Part shown: positions 38,012 through 48,600 of the stretch, in pieces
Layout of the letters: the number at the start of each line of letters is the position of its first letter
How positions within the stretch are numbered: position 1 is the stretch's first letter
NCBI GenBank assembly: GCA_034189025.1
Contig: JAXHVS010000142.1
Coordinates: forward strand, 66,147-128,830
DNA length: 62,684 nt
Direction: 5' to 3'
DNA from: Bacteroidota bacterium
GTDB lineage: Bacteria > Bacteroidota > Bacteroidia > Bacteroidales > UBA12077
The notes under the pieces: generated by a model
Seen by the model: the letters and a program-made list of their open reading frames with translations, nothing else
Database searches by the model: none
Told to the model about the DNA's origin: nothing
Position numbers and translations under genes: made by a program

Positions 38012-39316
38012 TTGATACTGATTTATTCACCACAAACAACACCAAGGCTCGAGTATATTTCTAAATTTATTTTTAACAGGATAAATGGTGTTGAGTTTAA
38101 TATTGTAAATGATAAAGATGAATTTATAAGTTCTGATTGGCCAAAAATTAATTATTCAACGCATCACTTCGAAAATTGTATCCATATTGAACCTGCTGAT
38201 TTACTTTTCGAATCGAATATTCTGCAAAAGAAAATAGAGGTTTCGGAATGGAATTGTAAAAAAATATTTTTCGAAACCAATAGCGAGGCAGATATTCCAT
38301 TTGACCTGTTTGCTGCAAGTTTCTACTTAATCAGTCGGTATGAAGAGTATCTGCCGTTCAGTGCCGACCAGCACGGCCGGTTTGAGGCCAGCCAGAGTTT
38401 GGCAGGGCAAAATGGATTTTTACACGACCCTGTGGTTGACCAGTGGGCTTGTTTGCTGGGCGAAATGCTTAAACAAAAATTTCCCGGATTTAAAACCTGT
38501 GAGCGGGAATTTAATTATATCTCAACCATTGATGTTGATAATGCTTACGCATATCTGTACAAAGGAACCGTTCGTACATTGGGAGCTGCCATGCGCGATT
38601 TGTTTAAGCTCAATGTGGACGAAAATATCAAGCGCTTTCAAACATTCAATGGCGAAAAAGACCCTTTCGATACGTATGGTTACCTGGATGCTTTGCATCA
38701 AAAATATAAAATCGGCCCGATTTGGTTTTTCCTGGTAGGAGATTACAATACCTACGATAAAAATTTACCACTGGATAATGAAGCTTTTCAGCAGCTGATA
38801 AAAGAAATTGCACAACGGGCAGAGATTGGTATTCACCCATCGTACGAATCGAATAAAAGTTTTAGCCAGCTGAAAAAAGAGTATGATTATTTGTCAGGGA
38901 TTATAAAAAGGCCTGTAACCAAAAGCAGGCAACATTATTTAAAACTAATGTTTACCGAGACTTACCAGAATCTGTTGAAATTAGGAATAAAACAGGATTA
39001 TACATTAGGTTTTGCTACCGATGTTGGTTTTAGAGCCGGAACCTGTACTCCGTTTAACTTTTACGATTTGTACAACGAAAAAGAGGCCGGGCTGGAAATT
39101 TTTCCTTTCCATGTGATGGATACAACGCTCAATCAATATTTAAAATTAGATGTTGATGCGGCGGTGCAGAAAATTGAAGAGATTATCAGCAAAGTAAAAG
39201 AGGTAAACGGAACCTTTATCAGTTTGTGGCATAACGAGTCGGTAAGCGACCACGGACATTGGAAAGGATGGGAGCCGGTATATAAAAAAATGTTAGAAAT
39301 AATTTTTGAAAAGTAA
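38012..39316 (+). CDS. polysaccharide-deacetylase-like protein with an N-terminal extension (DUF7033-like)
   Basis: 434 aa. The TIDVDNAYAY segment sits where the NodB TFDD motif would be, with later IGIHPSYES and RQHYL His-containing motifs. Family call from memory; TTG start. Confidence 0.6.
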   Translation: MILIYSPQTTPRLEYISKFIFNRINGVEFNIVNDKDEFISSDWPKINYSTHHFENCIHIEPADLLFESNILQKKIEVSEWNCKKIFFETNSEADIPFDLFAASFYLISRYEEYLPFSADQHGRFEASQSLAGQNGFLHDPVVDQWACLLGEMLKQKFPGFKTCEREFNYISTIDVDNAYAYLYKGTVRTLGAAMRDLFKLNVDENIKRFQTFNGEKDPFDTYGYLDALHQKYKIGPIWFFLVGDYNTYDKNLPLDNEAFQQLIKEIAQRAEIGIHPSYESNKSFSQLKKEYDYLSGIIKRPVTKSRQHYLKLMFTETYQNLLKLGIKQDYTLGFATDVGFRAGTCTPFNFYDLYNEKEAGLEIFPFHVMDTTLNQYLKLDVDAAVQKIEEIISKVKEVNGTFISLWHNESVSDHGHWKGWEPVYKKMLEIIFEK

Positions 39317-39354
39317 TCGTAACAAAAAGGTTTAATTGATAAACGCTCTCATCA

Positions 39355-40248
39355 TTGAAAATAGAATACCTAAAACATAATCAAATAAATAAACAAAAGT
39401 GGGATTTAACTATCGAAAATTCCTACAATGGTTTAGTATATGCCCTTTCGTGGTACCTCGATATCGTATCACCAGGGTGGAATGCATTGGTGTTGGGTGA
39501 TTATGAGGGGGTAATGCCCTTGACTGTTAAGCAAAAGCTTGGACTGAAATACCTGGTACAACCCCCTTTTTGTCAGCAATTAGGAATTTTTTACGCTCAT
39601 GATAATGAAAATATAAACCACTATTTTTCAGACAAGATCAAATCATTGTTTCGATATATTCATATTCAGCTTAATGCAGAAAATAAATTTATTGTAGCCC
39701 AGGCTTTAAAGAAAAATTATGAATTATCATTAAGTAGCAGTTATGAACGGTTAGTTGATTCGTATCATAAAAACACTAAACGGAATTTGAAAAAAGCATC
39801 TAATTATACATTGAACATAGTCTCTGATGTAGATGCAATGAGTATTTTTATGTTCAAAAAAGCAAACCCCGTTAATAATTTAAAAGAATGGCATTATAAA
39901 ATTTTACATTCGTTGATTAATACCATTCAATATAAAGCCGAATACGAAAGTATTGGCGTTTTAAATGAGGAAGGGAGTTTAATCGCTGCCGCTTTTTTTG
40001 TTATCTTTAAAAAACGGATAACGATGTTGGTTTCATCATCTAATAACCAGGGAAAGAACAAAGCAGCCATGTTTTTAATCATCGATACCATCATAAAAAA
40101 ATATGCAGGCAAAGATTACATCCTCGACTTTGAAGGAGGAAATGTAGAAGGCCTCGCCCGATTCTTTGCAGGATTTGGCGCAAAGCCTGTTTTTTACAGT
40201 GTATACAAACAAAATAATTTACCCTGGCCACTAAATAAATGGTTCTAA
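39355..40248 (+). CDS. FemAB-like / GNAT-superfamily acyltransferase (Acetyltransf_6-like)
   Basis: 297 aa with a conserved Bacteroidota N-terminus (NKQKWDLTIENSYNGLVYALSWYLDIVSPGWNALV) and a C-terminal FDFEGGN..GLARFFAGFGA pattern. TTG start. Confidence 0.55.
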   Translation: MKIEYLKHNQINKQKWDLTIENSYNGLVYALSWYLDIVSPGWNALVLGDYEGVMPLTVKQKLGLKYLVQPPFCQQLGIFYAHDNENINHYFSDKIKSLFRYIHIQLNAENKFIVAQALKKNYELSLSSSYERLVDSYHKNTKRNLKKASNYTLNIVSDVDAMSIFMFKKANPVNNLKEWHYKILHSLINTIQYKAEYESIGVLNEEGSLIAAAFFVIFKKRITMLVSSSNNQGKNKAAMFLIIDTIIKKYAGKDYILDFEGGNVEGLARFFAGFGAKPVFYSVYKQNNLPWPLNKWF

Positions 40249-41222
40249 TGCTTCAAAAACTTATTCAAATATCAAATAAAAAGTTGCTTATCCCTTTATA
40301 CCATGCTATAAGTGATGAACCTCCGGCTCACCTTAAAAATCTGTATCGGTTACGTTCCATCAATCAGTTTAAAAATGATTTAGCGGTTATATTAAAATTT
40401 TTTGAACCCATAAGTGCTGAAGACCTGGTATATTCAATAAAAAACAGTAAACCTTTAACTAAAAACAGCGTCCTTTTTACTTTTGATGACGGGTTAAGGG
40501 AAGTGAAAGATTTTATCGCTCCGATTTTAAAAGAAAAAGGAATTCCGGCTATCTTTTTTATTAACTCAGGATTTGTGGATAATAAAGCATTATTTTATCG
40601 CTTTAAAAGCAGTTTGATTATTGAACGATTAAGTAAATCAAATGCTCAGGAATTAAAATGGATAACAGAAATTTTAAAAGTAAATTCAACCCGCTTCATA
40701 TCATTAAAAAATGCGGTTTTACAAGTAACCTATTCAAGTCAATTTATTTTAGATAAAATAGCGAATTATTTAGAGGTTGATTTTGATGATTTTTTAAAAA
40801 ATAAAAGTCCCTATTTATCTACCGATGAAATAAAAACATTAATGAAGCAGGATTTTTATATTGGAGCACATGGTGTAGACCATCCCGAATTTTTCAATAT
40901 AACTTTCGAAGAGCAATATCGCCAGGTAAAAGAAAGTGTAAGGTGGGTGCAAAAATACATAAATCCGGATTTTAACCTTTTCGCTTTTCCGTTTACTGAT
41001 TTTAACGTTTCCAAACAATTTTTTGAAAGCATTTATGCGGATCATGAACTGAATCTGGACTTGACTTTTGGGTGTGCCGGGTTTAAAGATGAATTTTTAA
41101 AATACCATCTACAACGAGTCCCTTTTGAGATAAAAAATAATTCTGCAAAAACAACTTTACGTCAGGAGTATATTCGTTATCTGTTAAAAAAAGGTATCCG
41201 GAAAAATTATATCAGAAGGTAA
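40239..41222 (+). CDS. NodB-type polysaccharide deacetylase
   Basis: 327 aa with motif 1 FTFDDGLRE and His motif GAHGVDHPEF. Overlaps the previous gene by 10 nt. Confidence 0.8.
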   Translation: MVLMLQKLIQISNKKLLIPLYHAISDEPPAHLKNLYRLRSINQFKNDLAVILKFFEPISAEDLVYSIKNSKPLTKNSVLFTFDDGLREVKDFIAPILKEKGIPAIFFINSGFVDNKALFYRFKSSLIIERLSKSNAQELKWITEILKVNSTRFISLKNAVLQVTYSSQFILDKIANYLEVDFDDFLKNKSPYLSTDEIKTLMKQDFYIGAHGVDHPEFFNITFEEQYRQVKESVRWVQKYINPDFNLFAFPFTDFNVSKQFFESIYADHELNLDLTFGCAGFKDEFLKYHLQRVPFEIKNNSAKTTLRQEYIRYLLKKGIRKNYIRR

Positions 41223-42081
41223 TATCAAACTCCTTCTTAAGGTTTTTTAAATCTTCAGCAAAGTAGGGTGTTGCCATTTTTTTATCTTCCTCTGAAAGTT
41301 TGGAGTAATTGGTTTCTTTTGTATTTAATTGATTAATTTTTTCAATAATACCCGAATTAAAAACTATCTTTTTAATAAAAACGGGAGTGATAAATCCAAA
41401 GAATTTTCTGATTGAATTATTGCGGTCAATAAAAAAACGGTGTAGAAACATTGACTTTACACCTGAAGCTTTATTAATATGTAGTTCATTCATGTTTTTA
41501 AAATCAGAGATACCAAGGAAAGAACTTATTGTGGATAAGGTTTTTGAGGTATGGGTTTGAAGCTCAGAAGTTTTTAACAGCAGGAAATTCTCTTTAGGAA
41601 AGAATTTCATCCAGTACTTAATGTGTTTATAATATAATCCTGAATAGAAATGTCCTAAATTATTTCGTGTAACTATATCTTTTTGGTTTATAAAATCTTT
41701 CTCTTTTAAAAAAGATTCTTTAAGTCCAATTTCTTTATTTTGATGTCCATTATTAATTGCATAAATGTAAGAAGAATAAGCCCTCTCCACAGGTTCTCGC
41801 AAAAGAATGATAATTTTCATATCCGGATTATATTGTTTAATTCTTTCAGGCGCTTTCTGGTCTATTAAGAGGTATGTATCGGACGATGCTATAACAGGTT
41901 TTTCGGGGTGTTTAAAAAAAGAGTGATAATATTTGTATCCACGTTGATATATCTTTTCTATAGAAAAAAATGGAATTTCTTTTATTGTAGAAAAACAAAT
42001 TTCAGGATGATGTTTAAGATGCTCGCATAAGCTAGTAGTGCCGCTCCTGCCTGCTCCAATGATAAGTAAATTTACTTTCAT
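41212..42081 (-). CDS. sulfotransferase-domain protein
   Basis: 289 aa with a 5'-PSB loop IIGAGRSGTTSL and a 3'-PB-like LLREPVERAYSSY. It is the only minus-strand gene in the cluster and overlaps the 3' end of the deacetylase by 11 nt. Confidence 0.8.
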   Translation of the reverse strand: MKVNLLIIGAGRSGTTSLCEHLKHHPEICFSTIKEIPFFSIEKIYQRGYKYYHSFFKHPEKPVIASSDTYLLIDQKAPERIKQYNPDMKIIILLREPVERAYSSYIYAINNGHQNKEIGLKESFLKEKDFINQKDIVTRNNLGHFYSGLYYKHIKYWMKFFPKENFLLLKTSELQTHTSKTLSTISSFLGISDFKNMNELHINKASGVKSMFLHRFFIDRNNSIRKFFGFITPVFIKKIVFNSGIIEKINQLNTKETNYSKLSEEDKKMATPYFAEDLKNLKKEFDITF

Positions 42082-42130
42082 GCTTTGTTCATTATTTATT
42101 TTTCGATAGTTTTGAGTATATTTTTATTTT

Positions 42131-43279
42131 ATGCAATCAGATAAATATACAATACTTTTTCTTTCATCCTGGTATCCTACCCGATTATTTCCTTTTAGAG
42201 GTGATTTTGTAAAACGACATGCAAAAGCTGTTGGTTTGTATAATAAAGTTTTATGCTTACATGTTATTAAAGACCATGGCCTTAAAAGAAAATATGAGAT
42301 TGTTGAAAATAATAGTGAAGAAAATTTAGTTGAAGTGATATTCTATTTTAAGAGCAAGTGGTTGAGTAAGTTAAAGTATATTTATTATTATATAAGAGGA
42401 ATGCATTATATACAAAAAAGGTTTGGTAAACCCGACTTAATTCATGGAAATGTACTATATCCAATAGGAATTGTCGTTTTTCTTCTATCTTCAATTTATA
42501 AGATACCCTATATTTTTACCGAACATTGGACTGGCTTTTTAAACGGAACTTATCAGCGAATTAATTTTTTAAAACGACACTTTTATAACTATATTGGGAA
42601 AAAGGCAAGAAAAGTTATCCCGGTAACAGCAAATTTAAAGAAGGCAATGACGGTGTCAGGAGTTTATGCGAAATATGCAGTTATTCCTAATGTTGTTGAA
42701 ACGGAAGTTTTTCAAACTCAATCAAATCCCGATGAGTATAAAAAATCGATTTTACATGTTTCAAACATAAGAGACGAACATAAAAATATTTCGGGTTTAT
42801 TACGAAGTATTTCAAAGCTTCGTTTGATGAGGCAGGATTTTGTATTAAATATAATTAACTCAGAACAAAATGAGGCTTTAATTGAAATTTCTGATTCGTT
42901 GGGATTAACCGGAAATTATGTTAATTTTTGTGGAAAGAAAGAATATGCTGAGGTTGCTCAATATATGGCAAAATCAGCTTTTTTAGTTTTATTTAGTAAT
43001 TACGAAAACCTACCCTGCGTTATTATTGAAGCTTTTGCTGCCGGTTTACCTGTTCTGTCGACTGATGTAGGAGGAATTAAAGAGCATTTGGATAAAGAAA
43101 AAGGGATATTAATAGAAAAAGGAAATGAAGAACAATTGGTAGATAAATTAAACTTTATGTTAGATCATTATCAGGATTTTGATAAACAGTTGCTTGCCAA
43201 TTATGCTTACGAAAATTTTAGTTTCGAAAAGGTGGGATATAAATATTTAAAAATATATGAGGAAGTTTTAAATGTTTAG
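42131..43279 (+). CDS. GT4-family glycosyltransferase
   Basis: 382 aa with a C-terminal EX7E-type region NLPCVIIEAFAAGLPVLSTDVGGIKEHL. Confidence 0.8.
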   Translation: MQSDKYTILFLSSWYPTRLFPFRGDFVKRHAKAVGLYNKVLCLHVIKDHGLKRKYEIVENNSEENLVEVIFYFKSKWLSKLKYIYYYIRGMHYIQKRFGKPDLIHGNVLYPIGIVVFLLSSIYKIPYIFTEHWTGFLNGTYQRINFLKRHFYNYIGKKARKVIPVTANLKKAMTVSGVYAKYAVIPNVVETEVFQTQSNPDEYKKSILHVSNIRDEHKNISGLLRSISKLRLMRQDFVLNIINSEQNEALIEISDSLGLTGNYVNFCGKKEYAEVAQYMAKSAFLVLFSNYENLPCVIIEAFAAGLPVLSTDVGGIKEHLDKEKGILIEKGNEEQLVDKLNFMLDHYQDFDKQLLANYAYENFSFEKVGYKYLKIYEEVLNV

Positions 43280-44552
43280 ACAAATAGTAAATACTTTTTT
43301 CACAAAAATATTATCCGGAATTTTTAACCTGGTAATTGCGATTATTATATCCAATTATTTGGGTGCAGCGGGGAAAGGAGTTCAGGGATTAATCATTACT
43401 ACGATCGCATTTATAATCATATTTGCAGGTGTTATTGGCCCTGGTGGATTAACGTATCTTTTACCCAGGTTTAATTTCTCATTATTAGTAGTACCGGCTT
43501 ACTTATGGTCAATCTTAATGGTTTTTGGATTGAAAATATTTTTAAACTTTTTCGAAGGAATCCCTTCAGATTATCATTTTCATATAGTTGTATTATCATT
43601 AATCCTTTCATTTACCGGTATTAATAATGCAATTCTTCATGCAAATAAAAAAATTCATCAGGTTAATTATGTTACCATAACTCAAATTATAACTACTTTA
43701 ATCGTAATTGTTTATTTAATAATCTTCCAAAAGAAGTCGTCTATCGATTCATATATAACCGCATTGTATTTTGGTTATTCATTTTCCGCCATTTTAAGTT
43801 ATATATTTACTTTTAATGATTACACAGGAGCAAAATATTTTTTCCCTTTTTATAAGTATTTTATTGGCATTAAGAAACATCTGAAATTTGGGTCGTTTAA
43901 TCAGCTTGATATTTTAGCTCAGGTTTTAAGTTTTCGGTTAGCCTATTATTTTTTGAATCATTTTGTTAGTGTTGCTGATGTAGGTATTTATTCAAATGCG
44001 GTTTCTCTGGTTGAGTCTGTTTGGATTCTGAGCAGAAGTATTGCGTATGTCCAACATTCAAGAATAGTAAATTCGCGGAATAAAAAATACACCATCGATT
44101 TAACGATTAAATTTATTAAGCTGGCAAGCATCTTAGCTTTATGTGCAATTCTTTTTCTGATTTTTATTCCTTCTGAGGTATATCAGTTTATTTTTGGAGA
44201 TGAGTTTATTAATATGCAAGCGATTATTCAATCGCTATCACCAGGAATTTTTTTCTTTAGTATATCATTTATTATTAGTTCATATTTTTCTGGGACAGGC
44301 AAACATCATATTAATAGTATCAGTAGTATTGTTGGAGTAATTGTTATTATTCTTTTATCTCTTTTTTTGATACCCAGATATGGAGTGATTGGAGCAGGCA
44401 TAGCTGCTTCGCTATCTTATCTTTCTACCACAATGGTTAAATTAATCAGTTTTTGTAGTATCGGGAAAATATCATTAAGAAAATTTCTAATAACAAAAAC
44501 TGATTTAAAAGAAATAAAAAGTATTTTCAAAAAGGAAATAAGAGGTTTATGA
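43272..44552 (+). CDS. Wzx-like polysaccharide flippase (MOP superfamily)
   Basis: 426 aa with about 12 TM helices. Overlaps the GT4 gene by 8 nt. Confidence 0.7.
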   Translation: MFRQIVNTFFTKILSGIFNLVIAIIISNYLGAAGKGVQGLIITTIAFIIIFAGVIGPGGLTYLLPRFNFSLLVVPAYLWSILMVFGLKIFLNFFEGIPSDYHFHIVVLSLILSFTGINNAILHANKKIHQVNYVTITQIITTLIVIVYLIIFQKKSSIDSYITALYFGYSFSAILSYIFTFNDYTGAKYFFPFYKYFIGIKKHLKFGSFNQLDILAQVLSFRLAYYFLNHFVSVADVGIYSNAVSLVESVWILSRSIAYVQHSRIVNSRNKKYTIDLTIKFIKLASILALCAILFLIFIPSEVYQFIFGDEFINMQAIIQSLSPGIFFFSISFIISSYFSGTGKHHINSISSIVGVIVIILLSLFLIPRYGVIGAGIAASLSYLSTTMVKLISFCSIGKISLRKFLITKTDLKEIKSIFKKEIRGL

Positions 44553-45260
44553 TTCCTTCAATTTTTCAAAATCAATCTCTTTGGTCTGGTCCTGTTCGGT
44601 GACTTTTCCGTCTTCAAACTTAAAGGTTCGGGCGGTAAATTTTTTTACCATGTTATAATCATGGGTTGCCATAATTACAGCTCGCCCGTTATTACTTATG
44701 TCAAATAATATTTTCATCAGGTTTTCCGATGTTTCTGGGTCAAGGTTCCCTGTTGGTTCGTCGGCCAAAATAATTTCAGGATCATTTAGCAGTGCTCTTG
44801 CAATTACTACGCGTTGTTGCTCGCCTCCAGAAAGTTGATGCGGCATTTTGTACCCCTTGTAGCTTAATCCTACACGATCCAGCACATCAGCAATCCGATC
44901 GTTTATCTCATTTTTGTTTTTCCATCCGGTGGCTTTAAGTACAAATTGTAAATTATCGAAAACAGTACGATCGGTTAATAATTTAAAATCCTGGAAAACA
45001 ATGCCTAGTTTTCTTCGTAAATAAGGAACCTGTTTTATCTTTATTTTAGTCAAATCAAAATCCGCAACTTTACCTTCACCTTCTTTAAGTGGTATTTCGG
45101 CGTTCATGGTTTTTATTAAACTGGTCTTTCCACTACCTACTTTCCCTATAAAATAAATAAATTCTCCTTTGGTTATCGAAAGATTTACATCTTTTAATAT
45201 CAAATTATCTTTCTGAAAGATTTGTGCATTTTCAAATTCAATAATTGTATCTAAAGCCAT
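44547..45260 (-). CDS. ftsE: cell-division ABC ATPase FtsE-like
   Basis: 237 aa with Walker [10 protein letters not shown], signature LSGGEQQRV and Walker [12 protein letters not shown]. No ftsX-like permease is adjacent. Confidence 0.8.
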   Translation of the reverse strand: MALDTIIEFENAQIFQKDNLILKDVNLSITKGEFIYFIGKVGSGKTSLIKTMNAEIPLKEGEGKVADFDLTKIKIKQVPYLRRKLGIVFQDFKLLTDRTVFDNLQFVLKATGWKNKNEINDRIADVLDRVGLSYKGYKMPHQLSGGEQQRVVIARALLNDPEIILADEPTGNLDPETSENLMKILFDISNNGRAVIMATHDYNMVKKFTARTFKFEDGKVTEQDQTKEIDFEKLKES

Positions 45261-45265
45261 AATCT

Positions 45266-45463
45266 TTATAGTTTATAAAGCGTTCCAATTGGCGCTTTCT
45301 TAATTAATTCTTCAATACGTTCTTTGAACGTTTGTAATCCAAATTTTTTAATTTGGTTTTCGGGATTTGTTGTTCTAAAATGTGCAATTAAAACAAAATT
45401 ATCATCTCTGATTTGAACATAATCAGGGATTTTATTGGTTCCTTCTGTTTTTAAAAAATACAT
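45266..45463 (-). CDS. hypothetical small protein (65 aa) co-oriented 5 nt upstream of ftsE
   Basis: ATG-initiated ORF with no TM segment and no recognisable motif. Tight spacing with ftsE suggests co-transcription. Confidence 0.45.
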   Translation of the reverse strand: MYFLKTEGTNKIPDYVQIRDDNFVLIAHFRTTNPENQIKKFGLQTFKERIEELIKKAPIGTLYKL

Positions 45464-45661
45464 GGTATACTATTTGCTTACTCACAAATGTAGATAAAAA
45501 TTTAAAACCGAAACAGGAATTGTTAATAAGTAAATCATATTGTGCTTAGAAAAGATAATATTTTAGGAAATTAACAGTTTTATGTTAATTAAAATCATAG
45601 GAATTAAAACGCTGTTCCGTATATTCTTTTTAAATTAGTGCGAATTTCAAGACTATAGATT

Positions 45662-48600
45662 ATGATACATGCAAAGCATATTCTTATAATTGCAATAAAC
45701 CTTATTTTATTTTCTCAAATATCGTTATATGCTCAGGAAACTATGGTGTTTACAAATCCTGATAAAGCATATAAAACAGGGCTTGACCTTTTTGAAAAAG
45801 AAAAATATGGTGTTGCACAAAAACATTTTCGCGATGCAATTGAATCTTATGGCGATGCTCAACCCGAATTTAAAGCCAATGCTCGATACTACGAAGCTTT
45901 ATGTGCGTTGGAATTATTTAACCAGGATGCCGAGTATTTAATCTCTACGTTTATTGCCGAACATCCGGAAAACTCAAAGGTAAATATGGCACGTTTCCAT
46001 ATGGGTGAATTTCAATACCGCCAAAAAAAATATCAACAGGCAATCGACTGGTTTAATCGTGTAGATAAGAGACAATTAGAAAAAGATGAACTTTCTGAAT
46101 ATTATTTTAAACTGGGATATAGTCATTTTATATTAGGGAATTATGACGATGCTGGTTCTGCTTTTTATGAAATTAAAGATGTAAATACGAAATATACAGC
46201 CCCGGCTCTTTATTATTATTCGCATATAGCTTACGAGGAAAAAAATTACGAAACAGCTTTACAGGGATTTCAACGATTAAGTAATAACGAGACTTTTGCT
46301 CCAGTAGTTCCCTATTATATCACCCAAATTTATTATTTACAAGGTAAATATGATGAGGTTATTGATTATGCTCCGAAGCTTCTCGAATCAGCTAGTGCTA
46401 AACGTGCACCAGAAATTGCTAAAGTAATTGGCGATTCGTACTACAAAAAACATGAATTTGATAATGCATTGGAATATTTGCAAAAACATGCTGACGATGC
46501 AAAAAATATTTCTCGCGAAGATTATTACCAACTTGGTTACTGCTATTATAGAGCCGAACAATATGATAGTGCTGCTGTTGCATTCGAAAAGGTTACCAAC
46601 GAAAACGATCAGCTAGCTCAAAATGCTTATTTTCATTTAGCCGATTGTTATATTGAACTGGGCCAAAAGAAAAAAGCCCGTTTTGCTTTTGAGTTTGCAT
46701 CCAAACTCGATTTTGATCCGGAAATAAAAGAAGAAGCACTTTTTAACTATGCGTTGTTAACCTATGAGTTGTTTCATTCACCATTTAACGAAGCAATAGA
46801 TGCATTTCATGATTTTATAGAAATCTATCCTAATTCCAACCGGCTAGATGATGCATATAACTTTTTAGTAATGGCATACATGTATACCAGCAACTATAAA
46901 GAAGCATTAAATTCTTTAGAAAAAATTTCTGAAATGGATCATGCAATGAAAGAAGCTTATCAGAAAGTAGCCTATTATCGTGGATTAGAGCTTTATAATA
47001 ATTTACATTACGAACAAGCTATTCAGACATTGAATAAATCTTTACAATATCCCGGATATAATAAAGCAATTTATGCACAAGCTAATTACTGGAAAGCTGA
47101 GGCTTTCTATCAGCTTGGCGAATACGAAAAAGCGGTTGAAGGGTATAATACCTTTTTATTAACTACAGGTGCTTTTGAGCTTGACAAATACGAGCTGGCA
47201 CATTATAATATGGGATATGCTTATTTTAAATTAAAAGATTATCCAAATGCAATTAAATGGTTTAGAAAATATATTGGTTTTACCAAAAACGAAAAATCAA
47301 GGACTGTTGCCGATGCATACAATAGGATAGGGGATAGCTATTTTATTAGTCGTAGTTACTGGACCGCTATTGAGTATTATGATAAAACAGTAGAAATCGG
47401 ATTACTCGATAAAGATTATGCGCTGTTTCAACGAGGTTTTTCACTGGGGCTATTAAACCGGCCCGAGAAAAAAATAAATACAATGCAGCGATTGATTAAT
47501 GAACATCCTGAATCAGCCTACGTAGATGATGCGTTGTTTGAAATGGCAAAAAGTAATTTGGATCAGCAAAATGCTCAAGTGGCTTTACAATTGTATAAGC
47601 GAATAGTAGATGAATTTCCCTCAAGTAGTTATATTAAAAAATCATTGGTACAGCTGGGTTTAATCTATTACAATAACGATAACAACGACGAAGCACTAAA
47701 ATATTATAAGCGTGTAGTTGCCGAATATCCCGGAACAACCGAAGCAAAAAATGCCCTTACCGGCATTAAAAATATTTATGTGGATATGAATGATGTGGAT
47801 ACTTATTTTGCTTATGCAAACAGCCTGGGTGAATTTGCCGATGTTAGTGTTAGCGAGCAAGATTCATTAACCTATATCTCTGCAGAAAAATTATATATGA
47901 CAGGTAATTGTGAAAAATCAATTTTACAATTTAATAACTATTTAAATGAGTTTAAAAACGGTTCTTTTATTCTTAATGCACACTTTTATTTAGCCGAATG
48001 TTATAATAGAATGGGAAATAATGAAAAAGCACTGGAAGCTTATAATTTTGTTATAGATAAAACTAAAAATACATTTACTGAACAGGCTTTAGTAGAAGCG
48101 GCTTCTATTAATTATGATTTTGGTGATTATAAAAAAGCATTTAGCCATTATAAACAGTTAGAAGAAATAGCCGAATTAAATACCCATTTAATTGAATCAA
48201 GAGCTGGGCAAATGCGTTGTAATTATCAATTAAATGATTATAAAAATACCATACAATCTGCTAATAAGTTGTTGCATACCGAAAAAATTTCTGGCGAATT
48301 AAAACGTGAAGCCAGATATAAAAAAGGAAAATCACTTTATCAAACAGAGAATTTTGATTTAGCCTTAGATGAGTTTCGAATTATTTCCGAAGATGTAAAT
48401 AGCAAAGAAGGTGCAGAAGCTAAATACTTAATTTGTAAAATTTATTTTAATGATAAACATTATGATGTGGCTGAGCATGAGATATTTGATTTTGCTTCGC
48501 AAAATACTTCACAAGAATACTGGTTAGCCAAAGCTTTTATTTTACTTTCTGATATTTATGTTGCTAAAGATGATAAGTTTCAGGCCAAACACACCCTTAA

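Noticed and set aside
38340-38738. 132-aa alternative-frame ORF inside the 434-aa deacetylase-like gene
   Set aside because: It coincides with a locally more GC-rich stretch where stop codons are rare by chance. The main frame shows conserved-looking motifs through the same region.
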